Shown one piece after another: positions 8,962 to 17,279 of a stretch of 32,000 bases of DNA. Source of the stretch: Pirellula staleyi DSM 6068. GTDB lineage: Bacteria; Planctomycetota; Planctomycetia; Pirellulales; Pirellulaceae. The position numbers and the translations under genes are program-made. The notes beneath the pieces are model-generated. The model saw nothing but the letters and a program-made list of their open reading frames with translations, had not been told where the DNA came from and did not search any database. Each line of letters opens with the position of its first letter. The stretch's first letter is position 1. Location: the NCBI GenBank assembly GCA_000025185.1, contig CP001848.1, forward strand, positions 2,550,001 through 2,582,000, read 5' to 3'.

Positions 8962-9447
8962 ATGTCTGCTCGTTATTCGACGGCCTGGCTGCTGCTTGCT
9001 CTGTCATGCATTACTTCGGCGATTTCCAGCGGCTGTGGCGGTAGTAGTCAGCCTCGTCCGGAAGGTGCTTTGGATACCACGCCACTCGTGGGCAAAGTCA
9101 CGCTTCAAGGAACTCCTGTCGCTGGTGCCACAGTGCTGACCACCCACGAAGACCCTTCAAAACCTGGCGGATATGCCACCACCGACGCCGACGGCACATT
9201 TACACTCACCACCTACGTGCAGGGAGATGGCGCTGTTCCCGGCAAGCACTTTGTGTCGGTAAAGAAAATCGCTGGGGGAGCTGCGACAGAAACCGAGTTC
9301 AATCCCGATACCTACAATCCCAACGGCGGCCAGTCGCAAGTGGCCCACGAACTGCCGGTGAAATACTCGGAGTTCAGCACGTCGGGGCTCACCGTCACCG
9401 TGACTACAAGTGGCACGACGGAACTGAATATCGATCTCCAGCAGTAA
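8962..9447 (+). CDS. small lipoprotein, carboxypeptidase-regulatory-like (paralog of 6553..6960)
   Basis: The ATG at 8962 gives MSARYSTAWLLLALSCITSAISSGCGG with a lipobox, then GKVTLQGTPVAGATV...DADGTFTL. The track start 8782 adds 60 aa with no signal-peptide-like character. Confidence 0.7.
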   Translation: MSARYSTAWLLLALSCITSAISSGCGGSSQPRPEGALDTTPLVGKVTLQGTPVAGATVLTTHEDPSKPGGYATTDADGTFTLTTYVQGDGAVPGKHFVSVKKIAGGAATETEFNPDTYNPNGGQSQVAHELPVKYSEFSTSGLTVTVTTSGTTELNIDLQQ

Positions 9448-9588
9448 GTGCCGGATGATCTACTACGGCAAACTTGGCAACTCACGTGGAGTTCTTCGCG
9501 CCCGCCTAGCATTCGAGGCTGGTCGGGCAACCGAGGTCAGAGCGTAAATGGCATTGCACAGAGCGTAAGCGAATCGTCGCGGAACGCG

Positions 9589-10425
9589 TTAGTTGGTCCG
9601 CTTTCGTCCGAGTGGCAACAAGACACGTTCAACGCGTTTGCCACATTCCGAAACGATTGAGTCGATCTTGTTGCGGAAAATGCTGAAAGCCACCATCGCG
9701 GGGATTGCGACGAGAAGTCCAAGCCAGGTGGTCACGAGCGCTTTGCCGATGCTATCGGCCAGTTGATCAGGGCGGGCCATACCCCCACTCTCGGCAATCG
9801 TATTGAAAGACTCCATCATCCCTTCCACCGTGCCAAACAGTCCGAGCATCGGCGCGATGGCTCCAATCACACTCAGCACATCGGTCTTGCGGTAGAGCGA
9901 AGCGGTGTAATCTTCCCCCGCTTCTTCGACCGCCGATTTGTATTCCGCAAAGCCGAACTGACTGCTGCGAAAACGGGTCAGGCCAGCCAGAATCACATCG
10001 GTGGCTAGGGAATGGTTGCGTGGGTCTTCGCAAAATTGTGTGGCGGCGTCGAGATCTCCCGCTGCAATCCATTCTTCGAGCTGATCGAGTGCTTCCTCGG
10101 GCATGAGGCGGCTTTTACGAATCGAAAGCGAATGCTCGACGATAAAACCAACCGCCACCATCGAGAGCAGGATGATGATCACACCGATATAGCCACCGGC
10201 AATCAGTGTGTCGATGAACCCACGCTGACGAGGCGGAGCAGCCGCAGGACCAGACGGCGCATCGGCATCGTCGGCGGGTAAGGCTTCACTCTCAGTCTCT
10301 TGAGCGCTCAGTGGAATCGCTGAACCAGCGTCGATGAGACGCGAAACGCCGACAAGCGCCACCAGTACAGCCGCTAGTCGCAACCAGTTTCCCCAGGCCA
10401 ATAGGCTCGAGCCGCGCGATTGCAT
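9589..10425 (-). CDS. exbB: MotA/TolQ/ExbB proton-channel family protein with N-terminal signal/extension
   Basis: Three TM helices and the conserved ...VIGAIAPMLGLFGTVEGMMESFNTIA...ALVTTWLGLLVAIPAMVAFSIFRNK core typical of ExbB/TolQ. Confidence 0.85.
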   Translation of the reverse strand: MQSRGSSLLAWGNWLRLAAVLVALVGVSRLIDAGSAIPLSAQETESEALPADDADAPSGPAAAPPRQRGFIDTLIAGGYIGVIIILLSMVAVGFIVEHSLSIRKSRLMPEEALDQLEEWIAAGDLDAATQFCEDPRNHSLATDVILAGLTRFRSSQFGFAEYKSAVEEAGEDYTASLYRKTDVLSVIGAIAPMLGLFGTVEGMMESFNTIAESGGMARPDQLADSIGKALVTTWLGLLVAIPAMVAFSIFRNKIDSIVSECGKRVERVLLPLGRKRTN

Positions 10426-10609
10426 CTTCGAGTATTCTTTCCACTTGAATAGCAGCCACCCTTGCCCAGGCTGGCCACCAAAAAATCATCGAGGTAAGAC
10501 GAGGAGTGTTATCCGCTGGAATCGAGAAGGTTGCCCAGCAGTCGAGAAGCTAACTTCGATCCTAAACGCTCGGACGAGCTTGTGCGAGTCGCGTGGGGAA
10601 CTTCCGCCA

Positions 10610-11821
10610 CTATTTTTCAGCGGCAGGAGTCGCCACACGATCTTTCGCCGCGATTTCGGGGAAGATCTCGCCCCGCTCTTTGGCGAGTGCATCTGCCCCC
10701 GCTTGATCTCCGAGGGTAGCCAGTTTTTGCGAGGCGATCGCAAGACCAGCTGCCGCGATGCCGCGATCGTCGAGGCTAGAATCGATGGCGGCGGGGTAGA
10801 TCAAGTCGATGATTCCCGCTTGCACGGTGGCAATATCAGTCGCGGCCAGACGTTGCTGACCTCGGAAGTGTCTCGCCAGTGGACGGACGAAGACCGAAAG
10901 GTTCGCGAGCGCGGCATCACTCGTGGCTAGGTCGCTCGACATCCAGTCGGTCGCCAAGAGTGCGCGATTGCCCGTGATCAGCTCTTTCCAAATCGGATCG
11001 AAATCCTGGGCCGGTAACTGCTCGAGATAACGATCACGCTCGGCGATATCGCCGGCCGTTTGCGCGACCGCAGCTGCGTAAAGATAAGTCCCGGGATGTT
11101 TCGGCTCGGCGAGTGAGTCGACGAGCGTGGCAACATCGGCCAGGATCGCTTTCGATTCGGCTTCGTCCAGCAGCAGTGGCAGCAGCTCGCTACAGACACC
11201 ACTTTTGGGGTCGATCGAGAGTCGCCGTGCGCCGGGAATGTCCCCCAGTTTTGCAGCTCGTTTGCTAAGCAGATCGAGAATTCGGAGATAAGCGAGCATC
11301 GCTTGCTCGCGATTTCCTTGCGCCAGTTCTCCCCACATCATCGCTTGATACAGTAGATAGGCCGAAGGACTGGGGTGCTCGTCGAGCAGGTCGAGTAAAG
11401 GTTCCGCCGCCGTCTGTGCCAGGGGATAGTCTCCCACTCGAACCCGATGTTTCACTTGATAGAGCGGCCGTCCCAGCGTGCTATGGAGATCGCCGATAAG
11501 CGTTTGCAGATCTTCCGCGATGGCATTGGGCGGTATCTCGAGCTGGTCGATTTCGTCCCACGAAATCCGCGTTGTCGGAACGCCAGCGATGGTCACCGCA
11601 GGTTGCACCACGAGCCCAGCGGGGGATGCGCTGCTGATCGTTGCTGCGACGACGCGCGTTTGATTGCGGAGCCAAATCGTGGTTGGCTTGGGCGTCACGC
11701 TCTCTTGGGCCAAGGCTGCGGTGGGCCCCCCCATGACGCAAGTCAGCAGTTCGATCAACAGGGCGATGATCCCAGCGCATTGCCAGAGGATCGATCGAGA
11801 GGAATATCGCGGAACTTGCAT
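10610..11821 (-). CDS. hypothetical secreted/anchored helical protein
   Basis: The track start 11830 is a TTG. The ATG at 11821 gives MQVPRYSSRSILWQCAGIIALLIELLTCVMGGPTAALAQ, a signal or anchor. I recognise no motif. Same strand as exbB, 185 bp upstream of it. Confidence 0.55.
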   Translation of the reverse strand: MQVPRYSSRSILWQCAGIIALLIELLTCVMGGPTAALAQESVTPKPTTIWLRNQTRVVAATISSASPAGLVVQPAVTIAGVPTTRISWDEIDQLEIPPNAIAEDLQTLIGDLHSTLGRPLYQVKHRVRVGDYPLAQTAAEPLLDLLDEHPSPSAYLLYQAMMWGELAQGNREQAMLAYLRILDLLSKRAAKLGDIPGARRLSIDPKSGVCSELLPLLLDEAESKAILADVATLVDSLAEPKHPGTYLYAAAVAQTAGDIAERDRYLEQLPAQDFDPIWKELITGNRALLATDWMSSDLATSDAALANLSVFVRPLARHFRGQQRLAATDIATVQAGIIDLIYPAAIDSSLDDRGIAAAGLAIASQKLATLGDQAGADALAKERGEIFPEIAAKDRVATPAAEK

Positions 11822-11896
11822 AGCCAGCAATCAGCGAGTCGAAGAGGAGCGAGACCGCCGCAAGACCTCATTGTAATGCGGAGGAGAAGCGAGTTG

Positions 11897-12334
11897 CTAT
11901 TGCGCGGTGGATGATCGTGGCGACGATTCGTCCGCTCCGCAGTCGCGAGTCATCCAGAAAGCTAGGACGAACAAGATGCCCAGAATCACATCGAGCATAC
12001 TGGCGGCAAAGATGTTGGCGTTGGTTCGTTCCGCAGCAAACAGGAACGATGTTGAGATGCCGAAGCTGAACTTCTCGACCATCGCTGGGACCATCATCAG
12101 CCGATAGCGCCGGGGATCGCGAGCGATCAACAAAAAGGCGAGTTGCCACACGATGGCGACCCCGATGAAACCGTAGAAGAACTCAGGATGGGTAATCGGC
12201 GGGGGAAAGTCGCGCCCTGTTTTTCCTTCGAGGAAGTACTGTGGCAGGAGGACGAGCAGTCCGTAGATCCCCGCGATATTGAAGACGTACTTGGCGAACT
12301 TCATGAGCGTGTGAGCAGGTGAAAGCGTGCGCAT
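11897..12334 (-). CDS. small polytopic membrane protein (about 4 TM), function unknown
   Basis: Hydrophobic segments: FNIAGIYGLLVLL, FFYGFIGVAIVWQLAFLLIA, FSFGISTSFLFAA, MLDVILGILFVLAFW. The start is ambiguous: ATG at 12334 or ATG at 12304 (MKFAKYVF...). The track start 12337 is a TTG inside the terminator U-tract. Confidence 0.6.
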   Translation of the reverse strand: MRTLSPAHTLMKFAKYVFNIAGIYGLLVLLPQYFLEGKTGRDFPPPITHPEFFYGFIGVAIVWQLAFLLIARDPRRYRLMMVPAMVEKFSFGISTSFLFAAERTNANIFAASMLDVILGILFVLAFWMTRDCGADESSPRSSTAQ

Positions 12335-12366
12335 CAAAAAAGGAGAGCCGATTCCTTCGCTCTCCT
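12335..12366 (-). terminator. rho-independent terminator after the small peptide gene
   Basis: On the minus strand: AGGAGAGC (complement of 12366-12359), a 10-nt loop, GCTCTCCT (complement of 12348-12341), then TTTTTT. An 8-bp perfect stem. Confidence 0.7.
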
Positions 12367-12490
12367 AATCTTGATGCAAGTCAGATTGTTTGGCCATGCC
12401 TCCGCAGTTGCGTGGCGAGCCAAGTTTCGCAGGCAGAGATTCTCGGCGGCGTCGATGCCACGAGAAAACTCGGCGGTTGCGAGCGTTTGC

Positions 12491-12763
12491 TTAGCGGCGG
12501 AAACCGAAGCGGCGGTAGCTGGCGGCTGGAGCGGCCATCACTGGGGCAGCAGCGGGAGCTGCAGCAACAGCGGCGGCTGGTTCAGCAGGGGCATCGGTGA
12601 CAACTGCAGGAGCAGCTGCTGGTGCGGCGGCCATTGGAACGGCGCAAACACCACCGGGGCAGGTAGCGCAGCTTGGGCAGCCACGACGGCCACGAGCTTG
12701 AGCATCGTTGGCAACAAACAGGGCAGCAACGGCAACTGCGGCGAGAACAAGGTACTTCGACAT
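12491..12763 (-). CDS. small secreted Cys-rich, Ala/Pro-rich basic peptide (90-aa precursor)
   Basis: Signal peptide MSKYLVLAAVAVAALFVANDAQA, then RGRRG-CPSCATCPGGVC (C-x2-C-x2-C-x4-C), an Ala/Pro tract and a YRRFGFRR tail. GGAG lies 11 nt upstream of the ATG. It has its own terminator. Confidence 0.6.
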   Translation of the reverse strand: MSKYLVLAAVAVAALFVANDAQARGRRGCPSCATCPGGVCAVPMAAAPAAAPAVVTDAPAEPAAAVAAAPAAAPVMAAPAASYRRFGFRR

Positions 12764-12848
12764 CGTGCGGAAAACTCCATTTCAGGCGACCTCGGATGAT
12801 TCGAAAACCATTCTCGAATCCAGCCGCGGAGTCGCTAGACTTCGGCTG

Positions 12849-12876
12849 AATGTAGGGGTCGCACGGCATGCGTCAA
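12849..12876 (-). promoter_or_regulatory. candidate sigma70-type promoter for the small peptide gene
   Basis: Minus strand: TTGACG (complement of 12876-12871), a 16-nt spacer, then TACATT (complement of 12854-12849), about 85 nt upstream of the ATG at 12763. Confidence 0.25.
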
Positions 12877-13081
12877 GTAGCTGGACCTTGCCTAAGGCGA
12901 TAAATGGGTTATTTGGGGTGTTTGTGGTGGGTTGTTGGCTCGCTAGTTTCCCCAGGTTTACGCCGCTAGAGTAAGAATAAGAGCTTTTTCTTCCAGGTAT
13001 CCCCGTCAATCTCGAGAGTCTGGGAAGATTGGCAAGGAGATTAATGGCTATGTGTTTGGTGGCTGTTTGCTGGGCTGCAAA

Positions 13082-13570
13082 CTACTCGTAGAGGCCAAAC
13101 TCGGTGGCGAGCTGGATCATTTTGGCGACCTCTTCAGGAGCTACGAGCTGAGCCGCATCGAGCCCCTCGCGCGTGAGCGAGAACTCGGTGAAGATGTGGT
13201 GCATCACAAGCCCAGCAGCGCAAAGCTCGCGAAATCCAGCCAAAAACCGAATGGTGAAGGCGGGGTTCTCTTTGCTGCGAAAAATGATCGTTCGCTCGGC
13301 GTCGGTTTCGACATACACCGCGAGCATCCGCCCTGGCGCATCGAAGGCCCGGTTGCTCCCTTTTACCTCAACGACACCCCGATTGCGGGCCGCAAACAGA
13401 ATCGTCTTGGCCTCGACCGACAGTGGGAGCCCCTTATCGCCGCCGGTAGCGACCGCCATGCTTGCCACATGCGCCAGCCCTGCGAGTGTCGGTGCCCCTT
13501 GCCCCAGCTGTTGCCAGGTTTCGGCCCAGCGTGGATCGGTGGCTGCAGAGGGGAGTAGGTTGTCGCGCAT
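13082..13570 (-). CDS. hypothetical cytoplasmic protein (orphan, 162 aa)
   Basis: ATG-initiated ORF with balanced composition. The overlapping plus-strand ORFs are Ser/Arg/Cys-rich and look like shadows. I recognise no signal peptide and no known motif. Confidence 0.5.
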   Translation of the reverse strand: MRDNLLPSAATDPRWAETWQQLGQGAPTLAGLAHVASMAVATGGDKGLPLSVEAKTILFAARNRGVVEVKGSNRAFDAPGRMLAVYVETDAERTIIFRSKENPAFTIRFLAGFRELCAAGLVMHHIFTEFSLTREGLDAAQLVAPEEVAKMIQLATEFGLYE

Positions 13571-13725
13571 CGCAGGAATCCTCGAGGTCTCGCGTCGTCA
13601 AATTCATCGTTCGTCTGTTTTATTGTACGAGCGGTCCCCAAACTTGCGACTGCTCGCCCCAGGAGTGATAATCGCCGGACTCGGTTTTGTCCTGCTCACG
13701 TCTCTCCGATGGCCAGGCCCCTCCC

Positions 13726-16700
13726 ATGAAACGCTCGCTCCTCGTCGCACTGATTCTGCTCGCTCTTGCGACCTTCAGTTCGCGCACCTCGCTGGCCGAA
13801 GACTTCATTCCTCGTCGCCAAAAAATGCCCCCCGGCCCACCAGTATCGGCTGAAGAGGCCATCAAGCGGATGGTCGTCCCCGCAGGCTTTACGGTGGAAG
13901 TCGTTGCTGCGGAGCCCGATATCGTCAACCCCGTCGCGATGACCTTCGACGAACAAGGTCGCATCTGGGTGACCGAAAGTTTCGAGTATCCACGCCTCTC
14001 AGCAGGCCCCGGCCGCGATCGCGTGAAAGTGCTCGAAGACACCGATCACGATGGCAAAGTCGACAAGGTCACCATCTTTGCTGAAGGGCTCAACATCCCC
14101 TCGGGCATCGCTGTCGGACATGGGGGTGTGTGGGTCGCTAACTCCCCCGACATTCTCTTTCTGCAAGATACCGACGGCGATCTGAAGGCCGACAAGCAGG
14201 AAGTGATCGTCACTGGATTTGGCCGGACCGATACGCACGAACTTCCGAACTCTCTGACCTGGGGCCCCGACGGTTTTCTCTATGGCCTCAACGGCGTGTT
14301 TAACTTTTCGAGCGTCGCGCACGGCGGCAAGAAACACGACTTCACCTGCGCGATGTTTCGGATCGATCCACGCAAACGTACCTTCGAACTTTTTTGCGAA
14401 GGGACGAGCAATCCGTGGGGAATCGCGTTCAATCATCAGGGGGAAGCGTTTATCAGTGCTTGCGTGATCGATCATCTGTGGCACCTGACAGAAACGGGCT
14501 ACTACCATCGCCAAGGTGGTCCCTATCCGCCGCATACGTGGAAGCTTGAGTCGATCGTGAAACACAAGCATCAAGAAGCGGCTTACTGCGGCATTCACTA
14601 CTTCGATAGCGATGCTTATCCGGCGGAATATCGCGACAAACTCTACATGGGGAACATTCACGGTGGCTGTATCAACACCGATTCCGTCGCCCCCAAGGGA
14701 AGCACCTATTTCGGAACGGGCCACCCCGATTTTCTGACCGCTAACGATCCGTGGTTCATGCCTGTCGTGCAGAAAACGGGGCCCGATGGATCGCTCTATG
14801 TTCTGGACTGGTACGACCGTTATCATTGCTATCAAGACGCGAATCGCGATCCTGCCGGGATCGATCGGCTGAAAGGTCGTCTCTATCGCATTCGCTACGA
14901 AGGGACGCCCCGAGCAGGCGCAATGAACTTTGCAAAGCTGAGTACTCCCGATCTGATCGCGCAGCTCGAAGCCGGGAACGACATGCTCCGTAGCACGGCT
15001 GTGCGCATTCTCGCTGAGCGGCGCGATCCCGCTGCGGTCGAGCCGCTGGAAGCGATGGTCCTCTCCGATCGGGGACAGAAATTCCGCTTGCAGGCTCTGT
15101 TTGCACTCATCAGCAGCGGACCACTCCGGTCGGAGTTTCACGCGAAACTTCTTTCCAGCGACGAGCCCGTACTTCGCTCGTGGGGCGTTCGCGCTGCGGG
15201 CAACCAAGGTGAAATCGACGCAGCCCTTGTCGCGCGTGTGAAAGAGCTTGCCGTCGATGCCGATCCCACGGTGAAACTGCAAGTGGCGATCGCAGCCAAA
15301 AAGATCAAGGGGCTCGAGCCTCAGGCGACGCTGCTGACAGTCCTTAGCGAGTCGGGCGACGATCCACAGCTCGCCCAAATTGTGTGGCAAAACTTGCACC
15401 CACTCTTGGAAACCGAGAGCGAGCATTTTGTCGCACTACTGTCGACGATTCCGGTCAGCAAGTCTCCCGCTTGGCCGCAAATGCTCCCGCGCTCGATCGA
15501 CCGCATTCTCTCGAGCCGCAGTGCTTCGCCGACAGCTGTGGCTGCAATCTTCGCGCTGGTGGCAAGTGGTCCACAGCAGAACCTCGATGCCGCCTCGGCA
15601 TGCCTGGCGATCCTCTCGGAGCGTGTGCAGTCGCGCGAACTTTCGGGAGAGGCTCTGGCCGCTTTGAAAACACGTATCGATGCGCCAATCGAGGGGATAC
15701 TTGCCGGCGACAAAGCCAATCGACTCTACACCGGTGCCACGCTCCTCGCCGCTACGCTGGGGAATGAAAAGGCCCTCGCGGCTGCTCGCGAGATTCTTAA
15801 GGATGCCGGTCAGACCGACGCGCATCGCTTACAAGCGATCGCTGCCATCACTTCCAGCGGCAATAGCAGTGTGCTGGTCGATGCCTTGGCGGTGGTCACG
15901 AGCGAGAAGGGCTCGCTGAATCTGCGCAGTGGTGTGCTGGCTTCGCTCGGTCGACTCGAAGATCCAGCCGTCGCAGCGCAGCTGGTGGCGGTCTACGCGA
16001 AGCTCGATCCTGAACTGCGACCTCGCACGATTGAGCTGCTGACGCAGCGCCTTTCGTGGAGCAAATTACTCCTGGCCGAAATTAGTGCTGGAAAGATTTC
16101 CCCCAGTTCGCTCAACGCTAGTCAGGTCCGAAAACTTTTGGCGATTGGTGATATGTCGATCGCTGCCGAAGTTGCCAAGCACTGGGGAAGTGTACGCGCC
16201 GATCGCGATCCTGATCGCGAAAAGGTAATTGCCGAAATGCGAACACTCCTTCGCAGTGGTAAAGGGAATCCGGTGGAAGGGCAGGCGGTCTTCAGCCGCG
16301 TTTGTGGTCAATGCCACAAGCTCCACGGAGCAGGGCAGGAAGTGGGACCCGATATCACGAGCAACGGTCGAGGTTCTTTCGAGCAACTTTTGTCGAATGT
16401 GTTCGACCCGAGTTTGGTGATCGGCGCGTCGTATCAAGCACGCGTGGTGCTGACAGCCGATGGACGGGTCCTCACCGGACTACTCGTGGAAGATAACGAG
16501 CAGCGTATCGTCCTGAAAATGCAGGGTGGTAAGCTCGAAACGATCGCTCGCGACGACATCGACGATGTGAAAGTGAGTCCTCTTTCGCTGATGCCGGAGA
16601 AGCTCGAAACGACTATCAAGCCCCAAGAGATGCTCGACCTGTTTGCGCTCCTCACGCTCGATCGTCCGCCAAGTGATCCCGAAGCCAGATTGATTCCTGG

Positions 16701-17163
16701 TACTGTGGCAATTCAAGATCGCGAAGAGCCGAGCCCAGCTAAGTGGAACGAGCTTACAACGCAGATCGTCCCTGGCTGGAATGTTGTCCGGAGCGGAGAA
16801 GGGGGCGTGGCATTGATTGGCGATCACTTCGGTCGCTCGGCACTTCGCCTTCATCCAACCGATCGCAACGCAGGGGCGATTTTGTCCCGTAAGGTGACGA
16901 TTGCGCCCGACAAAAAGACCCGTTTGCTGCTCAACGTTTCGTACGATCCTCGAGGGGACTGGCACCTGCGCGTGAAGGCCAGCGAGAAGCTGCTGCACGA
17001 AGGTCCTGTGAGTGAGAAGACAGCGAGCGGCGGCTGGCAAGAGCTGTCGATCGATCTCACACCTTTCGCTGGAAAAACGATCGATCTGCAGGTCCTCAAC
17101 GACCCTTCCGGCTGGGCCTATGAATTTGGCTTCATTGGCCGGGCCGAGATCGTTGTCGAATAG
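13726..17163 (+). CDS. PVC-type heme-binding protein: membrane-bound-dehydrogenase-like beta-propeller + HEAT repeats + CxxCH cytochrome c domain + extra C-terminal domain
   Basis: The ATG at 13726 gives the signal peptide MKRSLLVALILLALATFSSRTSLA. The N-terminus VPAGFTVEVVAAEPDIVNPVAMTFDEQGRIWV is typical of the Pirellula/Verrucomicrobium dehydrogenase-domain family. The heme motif CGQCH is at 16303-16317, followed by ...RIVLKMQGGKLETIARDDIDDVKVSPLSLMPEKL. Confidence 0.9.
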   Translation: MKRSLLVALILLALATFSSRTSLAEDFIPRRQKMPPGPPVSAEEAIKRMVVPAGFTVEVVAAEPDIVNPVAMTFDEQGRIWVTESFEYPRLSAGPGRDRVKVLEDTDHDGKVDKVTIFAEGLNIPSGIAVGHGGVWVANSPDILFLQDTDGDLKADKQEVIVTGFGRTDTHELPNSLTWGPDGFLYGLNGVFNFSSVAHGGKKHDFTCAMFRIDPRKRTFELFCEGTSNPWGIAFNHQGEAFISACVIDHLWHLTETGYYHRQGGPYPPHTWKLESIVKHKHQEAAYCGIHYFDSDAYPAEYRDKLYMGNIHGGCINTDSVAPKGSTYFGTGHPDFLTANDPWFMPVVQKTGPDGSLYVLDWYDRYHCYQDANRDPAGIDRLKGRLYRIRYEGTPRAGAMNFAKLSTPDLIAQLEAGNDMLRSTAVRILAERRDPAAVEPLEAMVLSDRGQKFRLQALFALISSGPLRSEFHAKLLSSDEPVLRSWGVRAAGNQGEIDAALVARVKELAVDADPTVKLQVAIAAKKIKGLEPQATLLTVLSESGDDPQLAQIVWQNLHPLLETESEHFVALLSTIPVSKSPAWPQMLPRSIDRILSSRSASPTAVAAIFALVASGPQQNLDAASACLAILSERVQSRELSGEALAALKTRIDAPIEGILAGDKANRLYTGATLLAATLGNEKALAAAREILKDAGQTDAHRLQAIAAITSSGNSSVLVDALAVVTSEKGSLNLRSGVLASLGRLEDPAVAAQLVAVYAKLDPELRPRTIELLTQRLSWSKLLLAEISAGKISPSSLNASQVRKLLAIGDMSIAAEVAKHWGSVRADRDPDREKVIAEMRTLLRSGKGNPVEGQAVFSRVCGQCHKLHGAGQEVGPDITSNGRGSFEQLLSNVFDPSLVIGASYQARVVLTADGRVLTGLLVEDNEQRIVLKMQGGKLETIARDDIDDVKVSPLSLMPEKLETTIKPQEMLDLFALLTLDRPPSDPEARLIPGTVAIQDREEPSPAKWNELTTQIVPGWNVVRSGEGGVALIGDHFGRSALRLHPTDRNAGAILSRKVTIAPDKKTRLLLNVSYDPRGDWHLRVKASEKLLHEGPVSEKTASGGWQELSIDLTPFAGKTIDLQVLNDPSGWAYEFGFIGRAEIVVE

Positions 17164-17279
17164 TTAGCCGTGCCGGTTTCACGAAACACTTGCGACGCCA
17201 AAAAAACGCTCCTGTTGCCATGGGACGAATCCTTAGTTCCTAGCCCTGACCTCTTCCACTCCGACCTCGACTTACCTCC

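Noticed and set aside
13999-15426. Long antisense ORFs opposite confidently called genes. Examples: 13999..15426 (475 aa), 17118..18521 (467 aa), 27391..28560 (389 aa), 5541..6467, 7615..8511, 18748..19623, 21728..22303, and the plus-strand ORFs over 92..1966 and 2421..4580.
   Set aside because: The opposite strand carries recognisable family motifs in each case (CxxCH protein, FucI-like, AhcY, DUF1559, SDR, and so on). These ORFs are Arg/Ser/Gly/His-rich low-complexity translations typical of shadow frames in GC-rich DNA.
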